Notes: generated by a model not told the origin, from the letters alone. A stretch of 49,245 nucleotides of DNA from a virus (IMGVR_UViG_3300027653_000016:1-49245), one strand, 5' to 3'; counted from the first letter of the stretch, positions 35,026 to 45,441 are shown. Numbers and translations: made by a program.

Positions 35026-35940
35026 CTACCGTTCCCAGAAATGCAGCTTGATCCGCGACCCTGACAGGGTCGCCTTCGCGGCCTGGTCTGCATACACCTG
35101 AACCCGCAGACGATTGCCTTTAGACACGGTGCCGACACACGGGACCGTCATATAGGTTCGCCCCGCGGTGTTGGCGAAAAATTCCGACGCCGGATATGTC
35201 TTGTCGACAACATATTTCGAACCTGACTTGCGTACCTCGACGAACCGGGCCAGGACACGCCCTCCGCCCGATAGACCGGTGACGGTGCCGTTATACACCG
35301 CCGTGAAATATGAGTGGTCACGCAGGATAGTCGGGTACCACCCTTCGGCGTGCTGGTTGCCGGCGTCGGCGTATTCGACATCGAAAAACGCCGTTACCCA
35401 CGACCGCGGCTTCATCTCTCGGGTACGTTTCGCCCCCATGGATATAAATTTCGGCACATCATCGCCTTCCTCACCAGTAAAAATAGTTAGCAGCGCCTGA
35501 GCTGCAGCTTGCGAAGTCGCGTATTTTCGGTGCACCGACACATGCACATGCCACAGGTGCGAGCTGTCGCTAGTCGTCGCGGAGTTCGACGACGTGTCCC
35601 ACCCAGTCACGTTTTTACCGTCGAGTGTCCCGAAAAATTCGCGGAAAAATTTCCGCCGCGGGTCGCTCTTGTCACGCGCAACATCCATGAATCGTTTCGT
35701 GACGGTCCTCATCATCGATGCCGACAGGGTGATATCGATGGCGCTGGCAGCGTTCGGGTCACCGCCACGGTCGGCGGCAAGTTTTACGCTGTAGTCGCTG
35801 GAAGGTAGTTTCGAGCGCGACCGGTGGTACCCGTACGTGTGCGCAGGATCGCCCACGATTCCGGACAGCTTCGCCGACGGGACGCGCTTCACCACCTGGT
35901 CGCCGAGCCACCGAAGCGACGTCGGAGCATATTCAGCCAT
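35026..35940 (-). CDS. Endolysin (M15-like Zn peptidase plus C-terminal beta domain)
   Basis: SGIVGDPAH..GYH, SAIDI, SHLWHVHVS motifs. Confidence 0.8.
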   Translation of the reverse strand: MAEYAPTSLRWLGDQVVKRVPSAKLSGIVGDPAHTYGYHRSRSKLPSSDYSVKLAADRGGDPNAASAIDITLSASMMRTVTKRFMDVARDKSDPRRKFFREFFGTLDGKNVTGWDTSSNSATTSDSSHLWHVHVSVHRKYATSQAAAQALLTIFTGEEGDDVPKFISMGAKRTREMKPRSWVTAFFDVEYADAGNQHAEGWYPTILRDHSYFTAVYNGTVTGLSGGGRVLARFVEVRKSGSKYVVDKTYPASEFFANTAGRTYMTVPCVGTVSKGNRLRVQVYADQAAKATLSGSRIKLHFWER

Positions 35941-36136
35941 ACCCACAACGATACGCACCGTCACCGTCTAACATCAGTACTGGATTGTATGGTCCGTGTT
36001 GTTAGAGGGGTTAGATTCAGCGGTAGCCGCGCCCCGCGGCAGGGCGGGAGCGTCCCAGTAAATGCGCGCACCGCTGACTGGGCGCCCCGGTTCGGAGTAG
36101 TGCACGACCCGAGGCGCCCACACGTAGTATCGAACC

Positions 36137-36406
36137 ATGTACGCGAATTTCGGTATCGTCGACGGCCGCGAGCACGCAGCCGCGCAACAGGAAAAATTCC
36201 AAGGTAACGCCGCGAGGCTGCGCGAATACTGGACACATGGGGCCGGTGCACTGCGAATCCGGTGGGGCACCGACGGCGACCTGACCCGGTGCCACCGCGA
36301 AGTACGTTCCGAAGTGCCCCGCACGGAAATGACGGACGACCAAATATGGGGCTTGTGTCAGAACTACCATAAATACCTTTTCGGCCGCCCGAACCCGCGC
36401 GACTAG
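36137..36406 (+). CDS. Stand-alone LREYWT/IRWGT domain protein
   Basis: GNAARLREYWT.G.GA..IRWGTDGDLTRC...GLC.NYH pattern; ATG after TAGTAT. Confidence 0.72.
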   Translation: MYANFGIVDGREHAAAQQEKFQGNAARLREYWTHGAGALRIRWGTDGDLTRCHREVRSEVPRTEMTDDQIWGLCQNYHKYLFGRPNPRD

Positions 36407-38274
36407 CGGCGCCGCGCGCGCGACACCTTACCCAGGTCACTCGCCGGCGCGACCGTGTCCGGCGCCGAACCCGACACGCCCGCATCATCCCGCGCCACAT
36501 CCTCCGGCGCCGGCTGCGGTTCCTGGCCCCCATCGCTGTCACGAAGCACCGGCTCAATATCCGGACCCGACACATCAGCGAAACCGACATACCACTCCGG
36601 GTCAGCACCGGACGAGTTCGCCGCGTGCACGTGAAAGTATTCGCCGCGCCACGTCGAATCGTCCGCCGACACCGAGTAATTCTCCACGTCAGACCGTGTC
36701 AGCGTGATCGTGCCGCCCGCGACCGTCACCGTCAGGTCGACCCACGCATTCGGCGGCACCGCCGGGCCCGAAGCCTCCGCCAACTGAACAGAACCGCCCG
36801 TGTCGTCATACATACCCAAAATGAGCGTGCCCGAATCAGAATCCGACACGGTGACGATTCCCCAGTACCCGGTGCGTTCGGTCGAGTCGTCGTCGGGTGA
36901 CACGTCGGTGTCGCACGCGAAGATGACGCCCGCGCGCGGGCCAAGACCGGTACCGCCGTGCTCCGGTAGGGACCCCTGGTCGACTTGCACCCGCGCTGTC
37001 AGCGTGTACGCGTCCGTGTCCGATATCGGGGAGATGTTGCCCATGAGGCAGTCGATGCGGGTGTCTTCGCCGGGGACGCGGAAATAGAGTCCGGCGGCGT
37101 CTTCGCGGTGGTAACCGCGGGCCGCGATGCCTCCGCCGGCGTCGGTGTCCTGCGTCAAATGGCCGACCGAAGTGAATCCTCGAATGTAGTTGTTGGTTGT
37201 GCGGCGGTAACCGTAGGTGTCTGGCGGGTTGACCGGTCCACGGTGGTACACCGGGTCAGACGAAGCCACGCCACGGCAACCCAGGTCCATCGCGCGCTGC
37301 GTCTGCACCTGCCGCGCGTTCGTATCCAAAATAACGTTCAAGCCGGCGTCGACCAGGGACGTTATGAATTCATCCGGAGCTTCGTGCCCGGTCTGTACCC
37401 ACTGGGTGCCGGTATCGACGATCTCCTCCGGCGTGAGCGACTGGTTGGTGAACAGCATCGATCGGATGTTGTCGCCTTCGATCACGGGTATTTGGTCGAT
37501 GTCGGATACCCCGACCATGATCATGGCGTAATCCTGCGCGCACATTATGTTGATGGCGCGCATAGCCGCCGCGACATCACGTTCCACACCTCCGTATGGG
37601 TTGCCGTTCGCGCACTGAATCCGCACGATCGCGCGGCCATCGACCTGCGCCAAAACCTGCTGCGTCGTCAGGAGCCGGTACTGCGGGGCATGGAATCCGT
37701 ACCATCCGCCGTCCGGGGTTTTCTGCCCCGCCGGCGCCGTCGACGAACGCCCCGTCGGCGACTCCGTCGTACCCGCATCGGATAGAAGCTGCGACCATTC
37801 CGACGCATACACCGTCCACCCGGACACGCCATCGGCCTGGTCCGTGGTGTAAAAACTTGTCGCCATGTCCCCGTAGTACGGTCCCCACGCCGACACAAGG
37901 TCGCCTACCAGCGACCATGTGATGTTGGAGATCATGTCGACGCGGTTGTCTATCGCGTACTCGATAGCCTGCGGCGACGCATACGCGTGCGTGAGTCCGG
38001 AACCGCCGGTGTTGCCGATGGTGACGAAGTCTGGGAGGCCTTCGATGGTGCGGCGGCACCGGATACCGGGGGGAGTGGAGTTGCATGGCGTGTAGATCCC
38101 GCCGGACGGTCCACGAACCGTGCAGTTATCGGCCAGCGGCTCAATCTCCACATACAACTGTTGCTCGCTATCGCACGCAAGCGAACCATCGACACGAAGA
38201 TGCGAGCAGATAAGCTCCATGATTTCTTCCGGCGTCGAGAATCCGCCACATGCCGCGCATCCGGCCCGTACCAT
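36403..38274 (-). CDS. Minor tail/receptor-binding protein: degenerate GDPD-like barrel plus ConA-like beta-sandwich
   Basis: IGNTGGSG...AI...VDMI and LNVILDT...AMDLGCRGVASSDP; C-terminal WVDLTVTV...WRGEYF. Confidence 0.7.
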   Translation of the reverse strand: MVRAGCAACGGFSTPEEIMELICSHLRVDGSLACDSEQQLYVEIEPLADNCTVRGPSGGIYTPCNSTPPGIRCRRTIEGLPDFVTIGNTGGSGLTHAYASPQAIEYAIDNRVDMISNITWSLVGDLVSAWGPYYGDMATSFYTTDQADGVSGWTVYASEWSQLLSDAGTTESPTGRSSTAPAGQKTPDGGWYGFHAPQYRLLTTQQVLAQVDGRAIVRIQCANGNPYGGVERDVAAAMRAINIMCAQDYAMIMVGVSDIDQIPVIEGDNIRSMLFTNQSLTPEEIVDTGTQWVQTGHEAPDEFITSLVDAGLNVILDTNARQVQTQRAMDLGCRGVASSDPVYHRGPVNPPDTYGYRRTTNNYIRGFTSVGHLTQDTDAGGGIAARGYHREDAAGLYFRVPGEDTRIDCLMGNISPISDTDAYTLTARVQVDQGSLPEHGGTGLGPRAGVIFACDTDVSPDDDSTERTGYWGIVTVSDSDSGTLILGMYDDTGGSVQLAEASGPAVPPNAWVDLTVTVAGGTITLTRSDVENYSVSADDSTWRGEYFHVHAANSSGADPEWYVGFADVSGPDIEPVLRDSDGGQEPQPAPEDVARDDAGVSGSAPDTVAPASDLGKVSRARRR

Positions 38275-38299
38275 TACCTACCCCAAACGTCGCCGTACT

Positions 38300-38458
38300 T
38301 TACCGATTATGACTGTTTTCGTTTCTCGACAACCCCGAAACGACTCGACGTTCGCCTGTACGCGCATCGACCGACACAACACGTGTGACTCGCACCCGCG
38401 CACGACCCGAACGCGAACGCTCACGCCGCGCCTTCTGAATCTTCAGACGACTACTCAT
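38300..38458 (-). CDS. 52-aa Arg-rich protein
   Basis: ATG overlaps upstream gene end; fills operon gap. Confidence 0.5.
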   Translation of the reverse strand: MSSRLKIQKARRERSRSGRARVRVTRVVSVDARTGERRVVSGLSRNENSHNR

Positions 38459-39662
38459 TTCCGCCGCCACCCGGTGGTGTGATCGCGGTCGGTACACCCA
38501 GCGGCGTCAACGTCACCTTGACCTCTTCCGTTGACCCATCCCATACGACCTCCATCGACTCAATCATGAATGCCTGACGCACGGGACGAAACACCTGCGT
38601 AATAAACACGTCGACCCGGGCCGTTCCGGGTCGTATCTGGGTGATTTCGATCGGAGACTCCGGCAAAAGCGTCGCATTAGTCGGCATCTCAATTTCCACC
38701 GGCGGATATTGGTGCCCCTGGATCGCGCGCCGTGCCGCGGTCTCCATGTCCGCATCCGAGGTGTCCCGGTCGACTTCGACCCGTGATTCGCGCTGGCCAT
38801 AGGCTGTGCCGACTGTCCCGTACCCGACGGCGCGAACATCATCATCTTGGGATTCACCATCGGCCACGGCCCACCCGTATGTTCCGGTCAGGTCGCCGTT
38901 ATAGATGACTTCGACTCCGGCGGAGAAATGTTCAGGCGTGAGTCGTGCGCGTATTGGTGAATTCACGTGCGCCGGCGCCGACAGGATCAAGCGTCGACCG
39001 ACGGCGGCATAGAGTAGCCCAAATTTAGTCAGATCATCCAACGTGTCGATAATGTACTCGAACGTCACGCCGCGCGTGTAGTCGATGTTCGTGCCGACGG
39101 GATTTTGGTACATGTAGTCCAGGATCAGCGCGAAGTCGTCGGGCGCCGCGTAAGCGCCGGTGAAGTTATCTTCGATGACGGCGGCCGCGATCTCGACCGG
39201 GTCCATGCCCTGGTACTGCATGTCAGTCTTGTTGAGGACATACCCGTAGTCGACTTCGTTACGGCGCTCACCCTCCGAAAACCACGTGCAGATGTCTCCC
39301 GCTTCGATCGTCACGACCTGCGTGTCTGTGGCCTGCACCATGCGTGTGATCGGGCCCTCAAAAACACGTTCGCCCGATATCTGTCCCGGTTCATTCCGGT
39401 AGATCACGATCTCGTGTACACCCGGCTGTATCTCGGATAGAAGGTCAGCGCAGGGGGGTGCGGCGTCATCGGAGCCGATTTCGATCGTCGCTCCCGCGAT
39501 CGCGTTATACGCGCGAGCCCATTTAACGTTCGTGACGCCGGTGAGTAGTCCGCGCTGATGTAGCCGCGCCTGCGGGAGCGGTTCACCGTCACTATCGACG
39601 CGCGCCACCCACGTCAGCTGCACGTTATAGCTGCTCGCGCACCCCAGTAGACCGTTCGCCAT
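38451..39662 (-). CDS. Minor tail protein (baseplate hub type)
   Basis: Second gene after tape measure; HEIVIYR...FEGPITR, PG..VDV motifs. Confidence 0.75.
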   Translation of the reverse strand: MANGLLGCASSYNVQLTWVARVDSDGEPLPQARLHQRGLLTGVTNVKWARAYNAIAGATIEIGSDDAAPPCADLLSEIQPGVHEIVIYRNEPGQISGERVFEGPITRMVQATDTQVVTIEAGDICTWFSEGERRNEVDYGYVLNKTDMQYQGMDPVEIAAAVIEDNFTGAYAAPDDFALILDYMYQNPVGTNIDYTRGVTFEYIIDTLDDLTKFGLLYAAVGRRLILSAPAHVNSPIRARLTPEHFSAGVEVIYNGDLTGTYGWAVADGESQDDDVRAVGYGTVGTAYGQRESRVEVDRDTSDADMETAARRAIQGHQYPPVEIEMPTNATLLPESPIEITQIRPGTARVDVFITQVFRPVRQAFMIESMEVVWDGSTEEVKVTLTPLGVPTAITPPGGGGNE

Positions 39663-39665
39663 GAC

Positions 39666-40934
39666 CTACCCGGATTCCTGCCGAGGCACCAGTTCGACAC
39701 GCACCATCGCGTCGACCGGCACGGACGCGTCGGTGATGATCTCCACACACAGCCCGGGGCCGCACGCGATGACCGGAATATCGGACACGCCGCCCATCGG
39801 CCCGTAAACGTTCGGAACGAACGCGGCCAGGCCGTCGTCAGTGCGGCAGGTGATCCATGACCGGCCTAGACGACCGTCGATAGTCAGTGTCCCCTCCGGG
39901 GGGATATAGGAGACGGTCAGGTCAGAACACGCACGGCACGGATTCAGTTCGTCGATGTTTTCACAATCAACACCGAACGGGTTGAGATAAAAACGTACGG
40001 TCACGTTACGGACTGGCGCGGATGAACCTGACGTCACCGTCACCACCGGCACCAGATCCAGATTGTTCGTGACATCGCGGCTGTCAATCGTCTCGACTAG
40101 ACGTTTACCCTCGAACGGTTCCAGCGGGTAGCACGGGTCGATAGGAGGATCCGGTAGCGGCGCCAGCGGATCAGGAACACAATCCGGGTCCACCGCGCAC
40201 GACGGTTCATCGGCGCACTCCTCGTACACCGCCGGCAGGTCGATGACTTCGGTTTCGCCGTTGTACGGGGCCACATCGATCACCAGCGCCGGCGAAGGGT
40301 TCCGGAAAATACCGATGTTGCGTGTCCGTAGCGTGAACTCGACCTGGGCAAGCACGCGTCCGCCGGCGAAACTACGTTTGTCCGTCACCGACGGTCCCTC
40401 GACGGTCGTCACGTCCATGACCGTGCGAATCGGATCATTCGACGCTTCGCCCGTGTCAGGGTCGATGTCGGGACAGCACGCGATCACACACGCCTGCTGG
40501 CCAGAGCACTGTGAACCACCAACGGTCGCGCACGCCGGCTCACCTAGTGCGGCCGCTAGCCACCCCATCAGGTACGAAAACGCGCATTCATCCGCCGCTT
40601 CCACACCGACTCGAAATTCGATATCGCGAACACGGCCGCCGTTGGCGCCACCGGTCGACAGGGTCGGGACACCGGCATTGAGTCCTTGCACTTCGAGCCC
40701 GAAAACACCCGCCACGCCCAGCGATTCGGGTAGGGCCGGGTCCCACCACGGCGCCGGGTCATCTTCGACACCCTTATACGGCTCGCCGTCGTTCAGCCAC
40801 ACGCCGGCATCATCACCACACGGCGCGCACGATGACGCGGCGATACCGCAATCCTGAATCGTTCCCGCGTACGCCTTCGCGCGCCAAGAATTCACGATCT
40901 CGACGCCGCCGATAGCTAGATAGTCAGGAAGCAT
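39666..40934 (-). CDS. Minor tail protein (distal tail type)
   Basis: First gene after tape measure; YLAIGGVEIVN...DDPAPWWDP; LTIDG. Confidence 0.78.
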   Translation of the reverse strand: MLPDYLAIGGVEIVNSWRAKAYAGTIQDCGIAASSCAPCGDDAGVWLNDGEPYKGVEDDPAPWWDPALPESLGVAGVFGLEVQGLNAGVPTLSTGGANGGRVRDIEFRVGVEAADECAFSYLMGWLAAALGEPACATVGGSQCSGQQACVIACCPDIDPDTGEASNDPIRTVMDVTTVEGPSVTDKRSFAGGRVLAQVEFTLRTRNIGIFRNPSPALVIDVAPYNGETEVIDLPAVYEECADEPSCAVDPDCVPDPLAPLPDPPIDPCYPLEPFEGKRLVETIDSRDVTNNLDLVPVVTVTSGSSAPVRNVTVRFYLNPFGVDCENIDELNPCRACSDLTVSYIPPEGTLTIDGRLGRSWITCRTDDGLAAFVPNVYGPMGGVSDIPVIACGPGLCVEIITDASVPVDAMVRVELVPRQESG

Positions 40935-40946
40935 GCATGTCTCCTG

Positions 40947-43337
40947 TCATCGCAACGCCCTCGCCAGCGCGCGCTCGACGCGCCGCTCAATAATGTCCGG
41001 GTCGATCGTGTTCGAGTTGACGGTCACGTGCACGGGACGATCCGAACTTGCACCGCGTCCTCCGTCGAGCCCGAGAACGTCGGCCAATCCCGAATCAGCC
41101 GCGATGGATCGTGCCCGTTGCCGTTTACCTGGCGATAGCGGGATGATCGCTTCGGGGCCAGCTTCGCCCACGACCGCGGCAGTCGGGCGGGTAACTATCC
41201 CGCCGTCGGCGAATCCGATCCACGAACCCGCCTCGTCCAGGGCACCGGATATTTGGTCGCCGATGATTCCGGACAGGTCGCCGATAGCGTCAGCGATACG
41301 GCCTGGCAGGTCCGCGAACCACGCGACGACCTGGTCAATATACGACTTGATTCCCGATAGGACATTACCGACGCCGGACGCGAACGCCGAAACCGCGGCG
41401 GTCGCGGCTGCCAGCGCGGAAGACACTGACACTTGCATGTCGGAAAACCAGCCGATGAGCGCGGTTATCCACCCGATCGCGGTCTGGAGGCCTTCGGAGA
41501 ATCCGCCGAGCAGGAACGCCGCAAAATTAGCCACCCCTGCGATGACCGGCGTGAGTATTTGCAGCACGAGCGTGAACGCTTCGACCATGTCGACGATGAT
41601 CGGCAGCGCCGCCACTAGAGCTTCGAGTAGCGCGCCTTGCAGTGTCGTGGTGAGCTCAAGAAATACGGGGAGTAGCGCCTGGATGACGGGTAGGAGTGCT
41701 TCGAGTAGTGCTGCGGTGAGTTCGGCCAGCGGTGGTAGGAGCTCCACCAGGATTTCAGCAAGGGATTCGAATTGCGGCACCATCTGTTCAGCCAGGCTTG
41801 CCGCGATCGCGATCAGTATCGGCGCCAACGCTTCTACCAACGGAACCAGAGATTCCAAAGCAGTAACGAAAACATCCTGCAATACACCGCCCGCCTCCTC
41901 AAACAGCGGCGCAAACTGTGTAAACGTCTCCGAGATAATCTCCGATAGCGCCTGCAGCACCGGAATGATCCCGGCGATCACCGGCGCGAACGTTTCGGCG
42001 AGTAGTCCGATCCATTCGCCCATGATCGGCAGTATCGGTGCAAGCGCCTCACCAATACCCGCTATCGCTGACACGAGCGCGTTAAAGCCCGGACCCAGGT
42101 TCGCCAGCCCTTCGCCGAGCGCAGAAATGACCGTGGACAGGGCCGGTCCAAGCGTCAGCAGCGACTCGGAGATGATCGGTGCGAGCCCGGCGAGCGCTTC
42201 GGCTAGCGCACCAATCACCGGGTACAGGGCGTCACCGAGAGCGTTCAGCGTGTCGAAGAAACCGGCGAGGAAATCTTGACCCGCCGACGACGCCAAAACC
42301 TCATCCAGTGTCGCCAGGACACCCGCGAACGCGCCCAACATGTTCTCGCCGGACGCGGTCGCGGCCTGACCTATCGACTGGAAAATACCAACCAGAGACC
42401 CGACAACATCACCCAGCTGCGAAAACACCTGCAGGGCGCCTTCAACCCACGCGACCGCCTGCCCGCTTTCGGCCGCGGCGGACAGGAACGCGGCGAAGTT
42501 GTCGACCATCGACGCTAGGCCCGACGCCAGTTGCGGACCGAACGCCGCGTTCACAGCGTTACCGACATCTAGAAGCGCCTCAGCCAGATTCAGCGCGGGC
42601 TGCTCGAGTCGGTCAATCACGCCGGCGACGGTGTCGAATATTCCTTCGATGAACTCGATCGCCGCCGCGCTGGTCGCGATTTCCGCCAAACCGGTCGCGA
42701 ATTGGTTCATCTCGGCGGCGACAGATGTCATTCCCTGCGTCAGGGGGCCTAGCAGCGTGTCGGCGATGTTGGTGAGGGCCTCGTCGAAACCAGCAAAAAA
42801 TTGTTCCTGCACCGCCTCACGAAGGTCTTCGAACGCGGGAGCCAGCTCACGTAGGGCGGTCGCGGTCGCCGCGGCGGACGGTGCAAGATCTTCAATGGCT
42901 TCGGCGAACTCTTCGGCGTCCCCAGTTAGGGCCTCTTCGAACGCGTCGGACACACCCGAGAGTGCGACTCCCAGAGTGCCGAACGCGGCCGCGGCGGCGC
43001 CGATACCTGACGGTGCGGCGGCGAGTATGCCGATAGCGGGTGCGACCGCGGCCGTGAACGCGACCAGGTCGCCAGTGGCCGCGGCGGCGGCGCCACCCAG
43101 AACCGCTATTCCCCCGCCGATAGCGCCGATACGCCCGGCCGTACCGGCCGCGCCGCCGAGGCTGTCGATAGCTCGGCGTAGCCCTTCGACATCGCGTTCC
43201 GCGTCGTCCACGTCGACGTCTACTTCGATTTCGGCGCGTTCGCGTTCGACACGGCGCAAAATACGGCGGACGTCGCGCTCGAATTTTTCGGTATCGGCGG
43301 TGATGTCGACGGACGCTTCAGCTATCGCCATCGACAC
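40947..43337 (-). CDS. Tape measure protein
   Basis: 796-aa Ala/Leu-rich helical repeats; C-terminal FADGGIVTRPT...GEAGPEAIIPL. Confidence 0.92.
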   Translation of the reverse strand: MSMAIAEASVDITADTEKFERDVRRILRRVERERAEIEVDVDVDDAERDVEGLRRAIDSLGGAAGTAGRIGAIGGGIAVLGGAAAAATGDLVAFTAAVAPAIGILAAAPSGIGAAAAAFGTLGVALSGVSDAFEEALTGDAEEFAEAIEDLAPSAAATATALRELAPAFEDLREAVQEQFFAGFDEALTNIADTLLGPLTQGMTSVAAEMNQFATGLAEIATSAAAIEFIEGIFDTVAGVIDRLEQPALNLAEALLDVGNAVNAAFGPQLASGLASMVDNFAAFLSAAAESGQAVAWVEGALQVFSQLGDVVGSLVGIFQSIGQAATASGENMLGAFAGVLATLDEVLASSAGQDFLAGFFDTLNALGDALYPVIGALAEALAGLAPIISESLLTLGPALSTVISALGEGLANLGPGFNALVSAIAGIGEALAPILPIMGEWIGLLAETFAPVIAGIIPVLQALSEIISETFTQFAPLFEEAGGVLQDVFVTALESLVPLVEALAPILIAIAASLAEQMVPQFESLAEILVELLPPLAELTAALLEALLPVIQALLPVFLELTTTLQGALLEALVAALPIIVDMVEAFTLVLQILTPVIAGVANFAAFLLGGFSEGLQTAIGWITALIGWFSDMQVSVSSALAAATAAVSAFASGVGNVLSGIKSYIDQVVAWFADLPGRIADAIGDLSGIIGDQISGALDEAGSWIGFADGGIVTRPTAAVVGEAGPEAIIPLSPGKRQRARSIAADSGLADVLGLDGGRGASSDRPVHVTVNSNTIDPDIIERRVERALARALR

Positions 43338-43394
43338 GCCCCCTCCGGTTCACCTGCTGGCTCGTGCGTCGCCAGCGTGCTTGTATCGTACCGT

Positions 43395-44003
43395 TCACGC
43401 ACGGGTACGTGCCGTGATGGAGTCGTACAGCTTCTTGTTCTCCACCCACGCCGCCGCCGACTCCTGCACCGTCACCACACGGACACGTTTACCCGCGTCC
43501 GCGAAAACTTGTTTCGGCTCACCCGGTATCGGCTCGAACAAATAATTCCGGCGCTTGATACGTTCCTCTTCTTTTTCTTCCGGCGGCTCCACCCATAGCC
43601 GGTACATGGCCGCGCAGGTGCGCCATAGCGGGTCACGGGCGACATCAACACCGTTAGTCGACAGTACGCCGGATGCGATAGGCCAGTTCTGCATGAGCGT
43701 CAAGCACATTTTCACCGCCGACCGATAACCCTTGATGCCGGTGTCTATGCCGCATATCCGCACGGCCAGGCGGATCGCGGCGGAGTCGATGTGTGCATAG
43801 GTGAGAGGGTCGCGGCGGTCATCTAGGCGCCGAATGATCGTGTCGCGGTCACGTCGGACGAGGCCGTGCGGGATGATGGCGCGCCAGTCCATGACGGATA
43901 CCGCGTGTGCAACCTGCAACGCCCCCATATCGACTGTTACCGGGTGGTCACCAAAAACGACCGTTGTCGGTAGCTCCACCGGACCGCCGGGGTATAGCTC
44001 CAC
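43395..44003 (-). CDS. Tail assembly chaperone, second gene
   Basis: Immediately upstream of tape measure; TAGTG overlap. Confidence 0.65.
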   Translation of the reverse strand: MELYPGGPVELPTTVVFGDHPVTVDMGALQVAHAVSVMDWRAIIPHGLVRRDRDTIIRRLDDRRDPLTYAHIDSAAIRLAVRICGIDTGIKGYRSAVKMCLTLMQNWPIASGVLSTNGVDVARDPLWRTCAAMYRLWVEPPEEKEEERIKRRNYLFEPIPGEPKQVFADAGKRVRVVTVQESAAAWVENKKLYDSITARTRA

Positions 44004-44503
44004 TAGCTCTCGTCAGGCGCCGACTCGGGACGGAAATGTTCAACAGCCACGCGCATGACCTGACCCATGTGGTGCAGAGACAGCGGCTCCGAAGCTGGCG
44101 GAAGCTTGTCAATGTCTTCCATGGTCAAGTGCTCCACCCCGGATAGTGCATCGGGATCTTTCGGTTCGCCGTAGATTCGCTGACGAAGCGACACGTACTC
44201 GTCTAGTGAGTCGATGCAGCAGCGGATAAACGACCAAATGAGCCCCACGGCCGCGAATTGATCGGCCGACGCCTTCTTGAGTAGGTCTTTACCGTCGGAT
44301 TTTTCCCCGTCTTTAGGTAGAAGTTTCGCGAGCTGTGGCACGGACTGCACGTACTCGCGGTAGATATGTTCCTTCATCGGCCATAGCGTGATGGAGCTTT
44401 CGCCTAGGTGGACGATGAGTGGGTCAGGGCTTCCTAGGTCTATGGTGACGGAAGGGGGACCGGCGGGTTTCGCGTTGGCGGGCGCCATTTTTTGCTGTGT
44501 CAT
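44003..44503 (-). CDS. Tail assembly chaperone, first gene
   Basis: Position; ATG after TATCGT -10. Confidence 0.65.
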   Translation of the reverse strand: MTQQKMAPANAKPAGPPSVTIDLGSPDPLIVHLGESSITLWPMKEHIYREYVQSVPQLAKLLPKDGEKSDGKDLLKKASADQFAAVGLIWSFIRCCIDSLDEYVSLRQRIYGEPKDPDALSGVEHLTMEDIDKLPPASEPLSLHHMGQVMRVAVEHFRPESAPDES

Positions 44504-44516
44504 GGCACCACGATAT

Positions 44517-44942
44517 CTATCGTGGTGCACGTCCGTCGGGGTAGTAGACCGTGACCGGCCAGTTCGTTCCGGCGCGTAGGCCTCGAATAATGTACGACGA
44601 CGACGGGTAGCCTTTCGAAGACATTCGGTAAATGTACCGGGATGATCCTTTCGGCTTGAACCGAAGCGCGTCCGCCCGAACCGGCGTAATCTCTCTACCG
44701 CGCGGACCATAGATACCGGTCCCTGTGTGCAGGTACGTCGCGACAGGTGACGCGTTGTACACCGTCGCGGTGATCGTGTTCCCTGCGCTCGCATATCGGA
44801 TACGCCACCCCGCGCGCGTCGTCCCGGTGTCCACGGGGGTTCGGCGCTTAATCTCCCGCTGCACGCGCGCCGCCGTACGGTCTACCTCGCGAAACACGCG
44901 GTCGTGCACCTGCGCCATAACTGCACGGTTGATAGTCGCCAT
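44517..44942 (-). CDS. HK97 gp10-like tail completion protein
   Basis: RTPVDTG..RAGW, YLHTGTGIYGP, ALRF motifs. Confidence 0.82.
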   Translation of the reverse strand: MATINRAVMAQVHDRVFREVDRTAARVQREIKRRTPVDTGTTRAGWRIRYASAGNTITATVYNASPVATYLHTGTGIYGPRGREITPVRADALRFKPKGSSRYIYRMSSKGYPSSSYIIRGLRAGTNWPVTVYYPDGRAPR

Positions 44943-44946
44943 AGGT

Positions 44947-45441
44947 TCAGATTAGCTGCAGTTCGACTGACCAGATGCCGCCATAACAGCCACCCGACGG
45001 GCCAAGTGGCGTCCACTGACCCAGTGTCGCGTTGAAACGTTTCGGTTCGCACTTCGTCAGCGCCATGCGCATTGCGTGCATGTCGGCGTACCCACGCACC
45101 GCCTGCGACTCCAACTCGCCGGTTGAGGGCAGTTCTTCACCGGTGACTGCGCACCGGCTGATACCGAAATTGATTTCCGCTACCAGGCGGGGCGGGCAGT
45201 TCGGGATATTCGTGGGCCCTTCTGCTGTGTTGATGCTGACGGCGCGCGCCCATACGCGCCCGTCACGCCCGAGTCGCGCGTGTTCCTTTCCGCAGCAGTC
45301 ACACCCATCCAACTGGTCCTGGGCTGTGATCAGGGCGTCATACCGGCACGCACCCACACCCTGACACTCCAACTCCTCCTCAATACACCCCAGAGCGGCC
45401 TTCATGTACGGGTACACCTGCGGGTCGAAAATCATCGCCAT
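44947..45441 (-). CDS. Tail terminator / head-tail connector
   Basis: Position; GISRC and WTPLGPSGGCYG motifs. Confidence 0.72.
   Translation of the reverse strand: MAMIFDPQVYPYMKAALGCIEEELECQGVGACRYDALITAQDQLDGCDCCGKEHARLGRDGRVWARAVSINTAEGPTNIPNCPPRLVAEINFGISRCAVTGEELPSTGELESQAVRGYADMHAMRMALTKCEPKRFNATLGQWTPLGPSGGCYGGIWSVELQLI

Noticed and set aside
43990-44050. Programmed -1 frameshift joining the tail chaperones
   Set aside because: The second frame has a TGA four codons before its GTG and no slippery heptamer is visible in that window
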